From assembly GCA_009691025.1 (NCBI GenBank), contig SHWB01000002.1, positions 72,300 through 136,299 on the forward strand: DNA of 64,000 bases, in the 5' to 3' direction. Below, piece after piece: positions 35,919-46,190 of the stretch. A program made the position numbers and the translations under genes. The DNA comes from Alphaproteobacteria bacterium (GTDB lineage Bacteria; Pseudomonadota; Alphaproteobacteria; UBA6615). The stretch's first letter is position 1; every line of letters starts with the position of its first letter. The notes beneath the pieces are model-generated. The model made no database searches. It saw nothing but the letters and a program-made list of their open reading frames with translations, and was not told the origin of the DNA.

Positions 35919-36360
35919 ATGATCGACATTGGCAGCCTTGCCGGGAACGCGCTCGAGACCGCCCGGCGGGAAGCGGTCAAGGCCGCCAACATGGCCGCCT
36001 GCGGCTTCGCGGTCGTGCGTCTCGCGCTGTTTGTCGCCATGGGCGCCGTCGGCTTCTTCGCCGTAGGCATTTATCTGTGGCTCGGTACCGTCTGGCCGGC
36101 CTGGGCGGCGGCCTGGGGGTGGCGGGTATCCTCGCGCTGCTGTCGATGGTGGCCGTGCTGACGATCCTCAATGTCACAAGGCGCCTTGCCGGCCCCGCGC
36201 CCCTGCCGAGCCCCGCGGTACCGCCCGGCCCCGACCCGCTGGCCGCCCTGCTCGCCAGCGGGGTTGAGGCAGTCGTGCGCGCCCATCCGCAGACCGCCGG
36301 GTTGATGCGGTCCTCGCCGGTGTCGTTGCCGGGGTGCTGGTTCCCAATTCCCGCCGCTGA
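35919..36360 (+). pseudogene. YqjE/holin-X-like two-TM membrane protein region, frame change(s)
   Basis: MIDIGSLAGNALETARREAVKAANMAACGFAVVRLALFVAMGAVGFFAVGIYLWLGTVWPAWAAA, then continues as LGVAGILALLSMVAVLTILNV in another frame (junction near 36113, G5 run). A further hydrophobic tail VDAVLAGVVAGVLVPNSRR* lies in a third frame from about 36300 and may be a separate yqjK-like gene. Confidence 0.4.
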
Positions 36361-36384
36361 CGCCCTCCGGAGGGAGGCAATATC

Positions 36385-36702
36385 ATGGAAAAATCAGGCC
36401 GCGACGATCCGCTCGGGACAAAGGCCCCCATGTCGGTCGCTCTCGAACCGGCGATGACAAATCCGGCTACCGTTTTCGATTCGCCGAACGCGGTGCTGCA
36501 GCGGGCGGGCCTGACGCGGCATGAAAAGATGACCATCCTTGCCGAGTGGGAGAGCGATGCCCGCGCCCTGCGGGTTGCTGCCGACGAGAGCATGACCGGG
36601 TCTAACGTCGAAGGCGGCACTCTGCTCGCCGCCATCGAGAAGGCGCAGCGCATGCTCGGCGGGGAATGCGGGCCCGACGGCGTGGCCACGCGATCCGGCT
36701 GA
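36385..36702 (+). CDS. small conserved hypothetical protein (F-x-SP ... L-T/S-x3-K-x3-L-x2-WE-x-D family)
   Basis: 105 aa after a strong GGAGGGAGG SD. ...TVFDSPNAVLQRAGLTRHEKMTILAEWESDARALRVAADESM. A paralogue lies at 40561..40854. Confidence 0.55.
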   Translation: MEKSGRDDPLGTKAPMSVALEPAMTNPATVFDSPNAVLQRAGLTRHEKMTILAEWESDARALRVAADESMTGSNVEGGTLLAAIEKAQRMLGGECGPDGVATRSG

Positions 36703-37333
36703 CGTTAGCGCGTTCAGCCACGCGGCAGTTTTGCGCCTGTTCGGCGTCAGGAAGCGAGTCTTCTGGCCGCGCTAGCAGCAAGTACAGCTTCGCCGTCTCC
36801 TCCAGCTCCTCGGGGGCGTAAACGGCATCGCGCAACGATGAGCCGGCGACAACCGGGCCGTGATTGGCCAGCAGCACGGCATGGTGCCTGCCGGCCAGCT
36901 CGCGCACGGCGCGCGCGAGGTCGCCCGGCTGGTAGTAGGGCACCAGAGGCAGGGTGCCCGATCTTCATGACGTAGTAGGCGGTGATTGGGGCAGCACGTT
37001 GGCCGGATCGATTTCGGCGAGGCAGCTCACCGCCACCGAATGCGTCGAATGCAGATGGATGACGGCGCCGCTGCCCGGCCGCATCGCGTACATCGCCTGA
37101 TGCAGGAAGGTCTCCTTGGTTGGCTTGTCGCCGCCCAGCAGTTCGCCCTGCGGTCCGAGGAGCGACAGGCGCGCCGGGTCGAGGTCGCCGAAGGACGAGC
37201 CGGTCGGTGTCATCAGCCAGCCGTCGTCCATCCGCACGCTGATATTGCCCGACGAGCCCACCGTCATCCCGCGGTAGAACATCGACTTCGCCGGCTTGGC
37301 GATGTCGTCGCGCATCTTCGTCTCGGTCGTCAT
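36700..37333 (-). pseudogene. otnC: class II aldolase/adducin-family decarboxylase (OtnC-like), multiple frame changes
   Basis: ATG 37333 MTTETKMRDDIAK..MFYRGMTVGSSGNISVR...AVIHLHSTHSVAVSCL..DPANVLP | ITAYYVMKIG | TLPLVPYYQPGDLARAV...LLANHGPVVAG..EELEETAKLYLLLA. Junctions near 36988 and 36955, and the C-terminus is scrambled near 36770. The 3' limit is approximate. Confidence 0.65.
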
Positions 37334-38586
37334 GGCAGCATCGCGAAGGCTTTGACGAAGAAATCCTCGGCGCCGAAATTGCCCTATTTGAGGGCCTGCG
37401 CCAGGGCGGGCTCGCCCAGTGCCTCGCACCACGGCACGCCGGGGTCGATCTCGGGGCCGATGCGCAGCGCCTTCACGCCCAGCGCCTCGACTACGGCACC
37501 CGAGGTCTCGCCGCCGGCGACGATCAGGCGGCGCACGCCGGAGCCTATGAGGCCGCGCGCGATCTTCGCCTGCACGGCTTCCAACGACGCGCCGATTTCC
37601 ATGCGCCCGTGGATGTCTTGCGCCGCGCGCACCGCCTCGGGCTCGTCGCTGGAAAAGAACAACGGCCGCGCCTTGCCCGTCGCCCGGGCCAGCGCCTCGC
37701 CGGCCACGTCCCGGCCCGAGGCGACGGCGGACGGATAGAGGCGGAAGGCCGGGTATTTGTCCTTCACATGGGCGATATGGCCGAGCGTGGCGCGCGAGCA
37801 ACTGCCGGCGATCACCGCCTCGCCGCCCTTCGCCGTCGGCGTGACGGCGGCGGTGCCGGAGGCCAGCAGGCCGGCGGCGCGGAAATTGTCTGGCAGGCCG
37901 ATGGCGGCGCCCTAGCCGCCCGTCACCAGCGAGAGGTCGCGGCAGGAATGGCCGATGCCGAACAGATTTGCATCGGAGAGGGCGTCTACTACGGCGATGC
38001 GGCGAGCCTCGCCTGCCAGCTTCGTGCAGGCGGCGCGAATGGCGCTCGCGCCCGCCATCACCGCGGGGGCCGGCACGAGCCAGACCTTGAGCTTCGTTTG
38101 TCGCCCCAGCACGCGCACCAGACCCGGGTTGGTCATGGGCGTCAGCGGGTGATTGCGCATCGGCGAGTCCGACAGCAACACGCCGTTCCCGAACAGATGG
38201 CCCTGGTAGATCGTCCGGCCCGTCGTCGGGAAGCCTTGGCAGGCGATGGTGAAGCCGGCGCCGAGCCGGGCCAGCATCGCCTAGGCGACCGGGCCGATAT
38301 TGCCATCGTCTGTCGAATCGAAGGTTGAGCAGTACTTGAAGAAGAATTGCCGCGCGCCGTGGCCCTTCATCCAGCCGAGCGCCGCGAGCGATTGCTCCAC
38401 CGCTTCCTGTGGCGCGATGGTGCGCGATTTCAACGCGACGACGACCGCCGCCGTGTTGGGCAGCTTCGTCGCGGCGTCGGGCACACCTATCAGCTGCACC
38501 GTTGACATGCCCTGCTTAACCATGGTGTTGGCGAGATCGGTTGAGCCCGTGAAATCGTCGCCGACGCAGCCGAGCAGCAGGGGCAT
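37330..38586 (-). pseudogene. otnK: DUF1537 four-carbon acid-sugar kinase (OtnK-like) with three in-frame TAG and no frame change
   Basis: ATG 38586 MPLLLGCVGDDFTGSTDLANTMV...GNIGPVA*AML...VTGG*GAAIGL...ALK*GNFGAEDFF..AMLP, 419 codons in one frame. TAG at 38281, 37912 and 37384. Its TGA overlaps the otnC ATG. Confidence 0.8.
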
Positions 38587-38588
38587 CC

Positions 38589-39374
38589 TCAGCGCCCCGC
38601 CCTGTAGCGCGCGAGCCAGCCGAGCCCGGCCAGCGTGTCGCCCTGCGGCCGATACTCGCAGCCGACCCAGCCCGTGTAACCCATCTCGTCCAGCAGGTTG
38701 AACAGGAAGGGATAGTTGATCTCGCCGACATCCGGCTCGTGGCGGCCGGGTACGCCGGCTATTTGGATGTGGCGCGCGATCGGCAGGAATTCGCGGATGT
38801 GCGCGGCGATGCCGCCCTCGCCCATCTGCGTGTGATAGAGGTCGAGCTGCAGGCCCATATTGGGGCGGCCGATGAGTTCGATCAGCGTGCGCCCATGTGC
38901 CTGCTTCGAGGCGAGGTAGCCGGGAAAATCGATCGGGTTCAGCGGCTCGATGACGGCGGTGATGCCGTGCGGCGCGAAGCGGTTGCACGCGTATTGCAGA
39001 TTGGCGACGTAGGTATCGACCGCGCGACGGTCGTCCATGCCGCCCGCGACCAGCCCGGCCATCACATGCACCGTGGGGCAGGACAGCGCCCGCGCATAGC
39101 GCAGCATGACATCGACGCTGGCACGGAACTCGTCCTCGCGCCCGGCCAGCGCCGCGATGCCGCGTTCGCCCGCCGCCCAGTCGCCGGGCGGGCCGTTGAA
39201 CAGCACCTGCTGCTGGCCGTTGGACTGCAGGCGGGCCGTCAGTTCGGCCGGTTCGTACTCGTAGGGGAACAGGTACTCGACGGCCTCGAAGCCGGCACCG
39301 GCGGCGATGGCGAAGCGGTCGAGGAACGGCACCTCGTTGAAGGTGAGCGACAGATTGGCGGCGAATTTCGGCAT
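38589..39374 (-). CDS. otnI: hydroxypyruvate isomerase-family TIM barrel (OtnI-like 2-oxo-tetronate isomerase)
   Basis: 261 aa; MPKFAANLSLTFNEVPFLDRFAIAAGAGFEAVEYLFPYE...HIQIAGVPGRHEPD.GEINY. Intact. Confidence 0.8.
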   Translation of the reverse strand: MPKFAANLSLTFNEVPFLDRFAIAAGAGFEAVEYLFPYEYEPAELTARLQSNGQQQVLFNGPPGDWAAGERGIAALAGREDEFRASVDVMLRYARALSCPTVHVMAGLVAGGMDDRRAVDTYVANLQYACNRFAPHGITAVIEPLNPIDFPGYLASKQAHGRTLIELIGRPNMGLQLDLYHTQMGEGGIAAHIREFLPIARHIQIAGVPGRHEPDVGEINYPFLFNLLDEMGYTGWVGCEYRPQGDTLAGLGWLARYRAGR

Positions 39375-39378
39375 CGAC

Positions 39379-40291
39379 TCAGCCCTTTCTGCCCTGCGGC
39401 AACTCTATGCCGGCAAGGTCGGCATAGACCTTGATGACCGCCGCGTCGTCCTCGTTGCCTTAACCGGAACCGCTGGCGGCGAGATAGATCTGGTGCGCCG
39501 CGGCGGCGATCGGCAGCGGCATACTCGCCGCGTGTCCGGCGTCGAGCACGAGGCCGAGATCCTTGACGAAAATCTCCACTGCCGACAGCAGCGTGTAGTC
39601 GCCGGCCAGCATGTGTGGCACGCGGTTATGGAACATGTAGGGATTGCCGGCGCAGGCCGAGACGACATCGAACAGCACCTGCGGGTCGACGCCCATCTTC
39701 ATGCCCAGCGCTATCGCCTCCATCGAGGTGGTGATGTTCACGCCCGCGAGAAGCTGGTGGACGGTCTTCACCGTCATCGCCTGACCGACCGTCTTGCCGA
39801 CCCGGAAGATGCGCTCGCTGGCCGTCTCAAGGGAATAGATCGCCGCGTCGACATCGGCGAAGGCTCCGGAGACGATGTAGGTCGTCTTGCCGCTTTACCG
39901 CCCGCATGGCGCCGCCGCTGGTTGGCGCGTTGATCATGCTCAGGCCGCGCGCCGCCAGCTCGCCGCCGATGGCCACCGCATCCTGCGGAGCCATTGTGAC
40001 CGACAGGCAGATGACGGCGTCGGGCGCCAGCGTCGTCGCCAGACCATCTTCGCCTAACAAGGCCGTACGAGCCTGCGCGGCGTTGACCACCATGAGGATG
40101 ACGGTGCCGGCGACACGCCCCGCCTCGGCGGGAGTGCGCGCGGCCTTGCCGCCGGCGGTGGCGAAGCGCGCCAGCGCGTCGGCACGCACGTCGCAGCCCC
40201 AGGTCTCGATGCCGGCGCGCACGAGGGACTGCGCGGTCCCCAAGCCGATGGCGCCGAGCCCGATGACGACGACTGGGCGATGACTGGTCAT
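39379..40291 (-). pseudogene. beta-hydroxyacid (3-hydroxyisobutyrate-type) dehydrogenase, LtnD/DenD-like, with a frame change and in-frame TAA
   Basis: ATG 40291 MTSHRPVVVIGLGAIGLGTAQSL (NAD fold)...INAPTSGGAMRA | GKTTYIVSGAF...MTVKTVHQLLAGV...AASGSG*GNEDDAAVIKVY. Junction near 39895, TAA 39460-39462. The 913-nt length is not a multiple of 3. Confidence 0.75.
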
Positions 40292-40560
40292 GATGCTGAA
40301 TCCCGCTTCTGCGGCCGGTTTTGCGCATTCCAGCTTGCATGCTAGGGCGGGGGCGTCAAGGCGCCGGCAGGCCGCCCTGTGCATGGTGCGGAAAGCGGGC
40401 GGAAGTTGGCCGGCGGGATTGGCCGGGAACCGCGCAGCCGGCTCGGGCATTCACTAACCAGACAGGAAAGTCAGGTGTGTCAGGTGCGTCCTGCCGCCGG
40501 CTTGTCCGGCCGGCCGTTCGGCCGGTCGTCCCCGTAGCTAGCCGCCGGGAGTTGTATCCA

Positions 40561-40854
40561 TGCCCAACCGCCCCCCGCTCGACATGGATGAGGCCTTGAA
40601 CAAGCCGGACGAGACCTTCGCGTCGCCCGTCTCGCTCGTTCCCGCGCCGCCCGGATCTGTCGCGTTCGCAGAAGGTGTCGTTGCTGGAACGCTGGGAACG
40701 TGACGAGCGTGTACTGATGGTAGCCTACGAAGAAATAATCAACATGCGCAGCGAGCAGGGCAAAAGCGGGTGGACGCTAGCCAAAATCGGTTTGGCGCTG
40801 CGCTCTATGAGCAAAAGCGAGAAGCCTGACGGCGTTCCGACGCGGCACGGGTGA
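40561..40854 (+). pseudogene. paralogue of 36385..36702 small protein, 1 frame change
   Basis: MPNRPPLDMDEALNKPDETFASPVSLV | DLSRSQKVSLLERWERDERVLMVAYEEIINMRSEQ... Junction near 40640-40650. Same F-x-SP / WE-x-D pattern. Confidence 0.55.
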
Positions 40855-40875
40855 CGGCGTATTCGGAGACGAGCC

Positions 40876-41184
40876 ATGCGGGTCACGAGCACGACGAAAT
40901 ACAATCGCAAAGACCTTCAGGGGCGGCTCGACGCGCTGGCGGGGCGACTGACCGACTTCAAGACGCGTGTCGCCGGCGAGTCGGTGCTGTCGCGCTCGGA
41001 CGCCATCGCCGCGGCCAACGACATGGCGTACCAGAGCGAACTGGCGGTCCAGAAGCTGCGCTTGGCCGGCGGCCTGGATGACAGGGCTTCGGCCGGAAGT
41101 CTGGAGGCTGTCGCCGTCCTCCTCGACGATCTCGAGGAATCCCTGACCGACGATGAGGCGATCCGCGCCACCGCGGCACGGTGA
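40876..41184 (+). CDS. hypothetical protein
   Basis: 102-aa ORF with a GGAGAC SD-like motif upstream. Helical, acidic C-terminus. No family recognised. Confidence 0.4.
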   Translation: MRVTSTTKYNRKDLQGRLDALAGRLTDFKTRVAGESVLSRSDAIAAANDMAYQSELAVQKLRLAGGLDDRASAGSLEAVAVLLDDLEESLTDDEAIRATAAR

Positions 41185-41215
41185 GCCCGCGCCGGCCGCA
41201 CCAAGGAGAGAACCG

Positions 41216-41545
41216 ATGGATATGCTATTCAAGACCGATCTCTAGGCCATCCGGGCTCGTGCGCTCATGCGGATGCAGGATTGCGCCGTCACCGGCGCCT
41301 ATCAGGCCGACCGGGAGCGTGATCGAAGTGCTGCATCAGGTCCTAGCGACCGAGCTGGTCTGCAATTTGTGGTACCGCAATCACTACTTCATGGCGAGCG
41401 GCATCATGTCCCAGCCGGTCGCCGACGAGTTCCTCGAACACGCCAGCGAGGAGCAGCAGCATGCCGACCTGGTCGCCAAGCGGATCACCCAGCTCGGCGG
41501 CAATCCCGATTTCAGCCTGGACGGCATGTGCCGGCGCTCGCACTC
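41216..41545 (+). pseudogene. ferritin-like/bacterioferritin-related protein, 5' fragment with TAG and a frame change, 3' end deleted
   Basis: AAGGAGAG SD then ATG 41216: MDMLFKTDL*AIRARALMRMQDCAVTGAYQADRE | VIEVLHQVLATELVCNLWYRNHYFMASGI.SQPVADEFLEHASEEQQHADLVAKRITQLGGNPDFS. TAG 41243-41245, junction near 41318. The homology stops near 41540. Confidence 0.65.
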
Positions 41546-42905
41546 ACCCGCTGGCCAATATCGGCGCCTACCTGTCGGCCATCCGCAGCCTGCTCGCGAC
41601 TTTCTCCAACGTGCAGACGCTGGTCGGCGTCTACTATTTTCCGACGGCGCACGCGACCGTGCTGTGCCTGCACTCCAACACCAGCCCGAGGGCGCCATAT
41701 CGCGGCGCCGGGCGCCCGGAGGCGACCTACGTCATCGAGCGCATGATCGACGAGGCCGCCGTCGAGCTGGACCTCGATCAGACCGAGTTGCGCCGGCGCA
41801 ACATGATCGCGCCGGAACGCCTACCGTTGAAGACCCCGCTCGGCGGGCATTACGATTACGGCGGGTTCGCCGCCAATCTCGACGAGCCGCTGAAGATGGC
41901 CGACTATGACGGCTTCCCGGCTCGCCGCGCGGCGTCCCAGGCGGCGGGCAAGTTGCGCGGTATCGGCCTCGCCCATCCCATCGAATCGGCCGGCGCGCCG
42001 AGCATGTAATTCGCCGAGATACGCTTCTCCACCGGAGGCACGGCGACACTGATGATGGGTACCAAGGCGCAGGACCAGGGCCACGCTACGATCTTCAAGC
42101 AGCTCCTTTCCGAGAAGCTGGGCATAGATCCCGCCGATGCGCGCTACATCGACGGCAACACCGACGTGGTCAATGTTGGCATGGGCACGATGGGATCGCG
42201 CTCGACGGTGATCGGCGGAACGGCCATCACGGTCGCCGACGACAAGGTGATCGTCAAGGCGAGGAAGCTCACCGCGCACATGATGGAGGCGGGCGAGGCC
42301 GACATCGAATTCTCCGACGGCACTTTAACCGGCGCCGGCACCGACCGCGCGCTGCCGCTGAAGGAGGTCGTGCGCACCTCCTTCCTGCCCGAACGTCTGC
42401 CGAGTGGCATGGAGCCCGGCCTTTACGAGACCGTGTCATTCTCGCCCGACGCCGCCACCTGTCCCAATTGTTGCCATGCCTGCGAGGTGGAGATCGACCC
42501 GGGGACGGGCGTGACCTCGATCCTCGGCTGGTGGGTGGTCGACGATGTCGGCGTGGTTATCAACCCGACGATGGTGAAAGGACAGATCCATGGCGGCATC
42601 GCGCAGGGCGTCGGCCAGATCCTCGGCTAGGAGGTGGTCTACGACCCCGACAGATGGCAGATCTTGTCCGGCTCGTTCATGGACTACGCCATGCCGCGCG
42701 CGGGGGACTTTCCCTATATCCACATCGTCAGCCGCCCGGTGCCGACGAAGCGCAACCCGCTGGGCGTCAAAGGCGCGGGCGAGGCCGGCACGGTCGGGGC
42801 GAGCTACCGGCGCTGATGAACGCCATCCTCGACGCGCTGCGTCCGCTCGGTGTGGAGCACCTCGACATGCCGGCGACGCCAGAGCGCGTCTGGCAGGCGA
42901 TCTAG
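41545..42905 (+). pseudogene. CoxL/xanthine dehydrogenase-type molybdopterin-binding subunit, 3' ~450 codons only, with TAA, TAG and a frame change
   Basis: Begins abruptly at ..ANIGAYLS..LVGVYYFPTAHA..NTSPRAPYRGAGRPEATYVIERMIDEAA..RRRNMI; ...APSM*FAEIRF (TAA 42007); ..GVGQILG*EVVYD (TAG 42628); GEAGTVG | [12 protein letters not shown] (junction near 42797). Confidence 0.75.
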
Positions 42906-42927
42906 GCGGCGCGGGGGTAAGGAAGCC

Positions 42928-44094
42928 TCAGTACGATTTGGGCAGGCCCAGCACGCGTTCGGCGATGTAGTTCATGATCATGTGCGGGCTGACCGGCGCG
43001 ATGCGCGGAATCCAGCTTTCGCGCATGTAGCGCTCGACGTGGAATTCCTTCGAATATCCCATGCCGCCATGCGTCATGATGGCATTCTCGCAGGCGTGGT
43101 AGGCTGCCTCGGCGGCGAGGTACTTGGCGGCGTTGGCAGCCGCACCGCAATCGGCGCCACGGTCGTACAGTTCGGCGGCGTGCAGCGTCATCAGGTTCGA
43201 CGCCTCGAGCTGCATCCAGCTTTGCGCCAGCGGATGCTGGATGCCCTGGTTCTTGCCGATCTGGCGGCCGAACACGATGCGCTCGCCGGCATATTTGGCG
43301 GCACGCTTGAGGGCCGCGCGGCCGATGCCGACGGCCTCGGCGGCGATCAGGATGCGCTCCGGGTTCATGCCGTGCAGGATCTGGCGGAAGCCGTCGCCCT
43401 CGGCTCCGATGAGATTCTCGACCGGCACTTCCATGCCGTCGAAGAACAGCATGTTGGAGTCGACTGCGTGGCGCCCCATCTTGTCGATCTCCCGCACCTC
43501 GCACCGGCTGCGGTCGAGATCGGTGTAGAACAGGCTCAGGCCCTGCGTCTTGCGCTCGACCTTGTTGAGCGGCGTGGTGCGCGCCAGCAACAACATCTTG
43601 TCGGCGACCTGGGCGGTCGAGATCCAGATCTTCTGTCCGGTGATGATGTAGCGGTCGCCCTTGCGCTCGGCGCGCGTCTTCAACTCGGCGGTGTTGAGGC
43701 CGGCATCGGGCTCGGTGACGGCGAAGCAGGCCTTGTGCCGGCCGGCGATCAGCGGCGGCAGCATGCGCGCCTTCTGCTCGTCGGTGCCGAACACGACGAC
43801 CGGGTGCAGGCCGAAGATGTTCATGTGAACCGCAGAGGCGCCTGACATCGCGGCACCCGATTCGGCGACGGCCTGCATCATCACCGCAGCCTCGGCGATG
43901 CCCAGGCCGGCGCCGCCGAATTGCTCGGGCATGGCGATGCCGAGCCAGCCATCGTCGGCCAGCGCACGATACAGCTCCTCCGGGAAATCGCCGGAGATGT
44001 CCCTCGCCCGCCAGTAATCGTCGCCGAACTGTTCGCAGAGCCTCAGGATGGTGGTACGGATTTCAAGCCGGTCGGCCGACAGCGCCGAATCCAT
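42928..44094 (-). CDS. acyl-CoA dehydrogenase
   Basis: 388 aa; CFAVTEPDAGLNT, GQKIWISTA, MTHGGMGYSKEFHVERY. Intact. Confidence 0.85.
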   Translation of the reverse strand: MDSALSADRLEIRTTILRLCEQFGDDYWRARDISGDFPEELYRALADDGWLGIAMPEQFGGAGLGIAEAAVMMQAVAESGAAMSGASAVHMNIFGLHPVVVFGTDEQKARMLPPLIAGRHKACFAVTEPDAGLNTAELKTRAERKGDRYIITGQKIWISTAQVADKMLLLARTTPLNKVERKTQGLSLFYTDLDRSRCEVREIDKMGRHAVDSNMLFFDGMEVPVENLIGAEGDGFRQILHGMNPERILIAAEAVGIGRAALKRAAKYAGERIVFGRQIGKNQGIQHPLAQSWMQLEASNLMTLHAAELYDRGADCGAAANAAKYLAAEAAYHACENAIMTHGGMGYSKEFHVERYMRESWIPRIAPVSPHMIMNYIAERVLGLPKSY

Positions 44095-44221
44095 GATGGC
44101 GTCTCTCCGGATACCTGCAGTCGCAGTCTGGCTACACTAGCGCAGGGGCCCGGGTCGCGTATCGGCCGGGCCGGCGACGGTATACTGGCCGATGGCCAGC
44201 GACGGGAGGGGCATCGCTACC

Positions 44222-45020
44222 ATGGTCCATTGGGTGAAATTCCGGCGCGGCACGGCGGACGGCTTCGGGACGCTCGCCGGCGCGGCGATTGCGGTGCATG
44301 CCGGCGACATGTTCGGCGCCGCGCAAGCGACCGGCGAGACGCTGGCGCTGGGCGCGGTTGCGCTGCTGCCGCCCTGCCTGCCGGGGCAGCTGGTAGCGCT
44401 GTGGAACAATTCTCTCGCGCAGGCCAAAAAAAGGGCCTAGCCCAACCGAAGGAACCGCTGTTCTTCCTCAAGTCCCGACCAGCTACCTGCCGCATGGCGG
44501 CGTCATCCGGCGGCCCTCCGGCTATGACCGGCGCGCGATCTACGAGGCCGAACTCGGCATCGTCATCGGCCGCGCCTGCAAGGAGGCGGACGAGTCGACG
44601 GCGGCGGCGGCTATCTTCGGCTACACCTGCGCCAACGACGTCACGGCGCTCGCCATCCTCGACGAGGATCCGTCGTTTCCCCAATGGGCGCGCGCCAAGA
44701 TCTTCGACACCTTCGGCGCCTTTGGGGTGGCGATCGCTACGGACATCGATGTCGCTGGCGCCTCGACCCGCGCCATGCTCAACGGCCACTAACGGCAGAA
44801 CAATCCGGTGATCGACCTGTTCTTCCAGCCGGCCGCGCTGGCCAGCCGCTTGTCGCACGCGATGACATTGCTGCCGGGCGACATCATCTCCTGCGGCACC
44901 GGGCCCGGCGCGCTTCCGATGCGCGACGGCGTCACCATTGAGGTGGTGATCGGCGGCAGCGGCACGCTGGCGAATACCTACGCGGAGTATGGTCCGTCGT
45001 CAGGCGGCGCGCGCGCCTAG
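44222..45020 (+). pseudogene. fumarylacetoacetate hydrolase (FAH) family protein, 2 frame changes plus in-frame TAA
   Basis: MVHWVKFRRG..GFGTL...LVALWNNSLAQAKK | GLAQPKEPLFFLKS | YLPHGGVIRRP...YEAELGIVIGRAC...IFGYTCANDVTA...MLNGH*RQNNPVIDLFF...MTLLPGDIISCGT. Junctions in the A7 run 44426-44432 and near 44475. TAA 44790-44792. Confidence 0.8.
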
Positions 45021-46082
45021 CCAGCCGGCCATCCAGTCGGCCGATTGCGGCCGGTACAGATGCGGCAGGTTGTTGACGACGTGATTGCCGCCGGGAACGA
45101 TGTTCAGCGTCACCGGGCCATTGGCCGCAGCGGCCAGGCGCCGCTGTTCGTCCGGGGGCGTCACGCGGTCGAGTTCGCCGCCGACGATGTAAAGCGGACA
45201 GGCGATGCGTTCTGCGACACCGGCGAGATTGATCCGGCGCGCGACCTCGTAGCCCGCCTCGGGCGTGGTGCAGTGGGCGCGCGCCATAAACACTTTTTTG
45301 GTGCCCGATTCGTGCCAGTGACCGGCATAGTAGAACGGGCCGCAGATGGCGACGCAGGCCCTGATGCGGGCCTCGAACGCGGCCGCGCGCGGTGCGTAAT
45401 AACCGCCTAAGCTGACGCCCCACAGGCCAATGCGTGCCGCGTCTAGATCGGTGCGCGTCTCTACCCAATCGATCACCGCCGCGACGGCGACCTCATAGTC
45501 TGGCCGGATCGGCCGGTCGTACTCGCCCTTGCCATGGCCGGGGCTGTCGAAGGCAATCGTGGCTACACCCCGGGCCAGGAAAGGCGCCTCGTTGGTCGAC
45601 ATCTCCTCATTCGCCGAATCCATGCCCATGCACATGACGAGGACGGGCGGACGCACCACACCCCGCGGCTTGCGCAGGATGCTGTACAGATATGCGCCGT
45701 CGTAAGTGATGGCGACGCGCTCGCTAGGCGGGTCGAGACAGGGCGAAGCGAGGTGGCGGCATTCAATGGCCTTCGCGTGCACGGCACGCAGGCGCGCCCT
45801 GTCCTAGACGAAGACTAATTTGGCGAAATGGTAGACGACGCCCGCCGTCTGCAGGTGCTCGCCGGCGCTGATGGTGTGCCAGGCGGCAAGTGCCTCGTGC
45901 CCCAGCGCCTCTTGCCGCGCCGCTAGTTCGGCCCAGACGTCGATCCAGCCGTCCCAGGTCCCGATGCGTCCGCTCGCCTCATGCCAGTCGGCCAGAGGCA
46001 CCCCGTTGATCACGAAGCGCGGCGCCCAGCGCTCGGTGACGAGAGCGACTCTTTCGTCCCTTGCCATCGGCTTCCCCGCCAT
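45000..46082 (-). pseudogene. alpha/beta hydrolase with N-terminal helical domain, split by one in-frame TAG
   Basis: ...VVYHFAKLVFV*DRARLRAVHAKAIECRHLASPCLDPPSERVAI...VLVMCMGMDSANEE...GLWGVSLGGYYA. TAG 45804-45806, single frame. Confidence 0.7.
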
Positions 46083-46190
46083 CGCTCCACGCAGGCGACC
46101 TGACGGAAAGCATCCGGCAAGACGCCTTGCGAAGCAAGGCGGACGGCATGGGGCGGCGAACCGGGCGCCTCGGCCGCCGAACCCACCGAT

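Noticed and set aside
40426-40451. EcfG/general-stress promoter (GGAAC-N17-CATT) upstream of the small paralogue at 40561.
   Set aside because: The -10 element deviates from the CGTT core. The site is about 110 nt from the start codon, and no similar motif precedes the other stress-type genes. The evidence is too weak to annotate.
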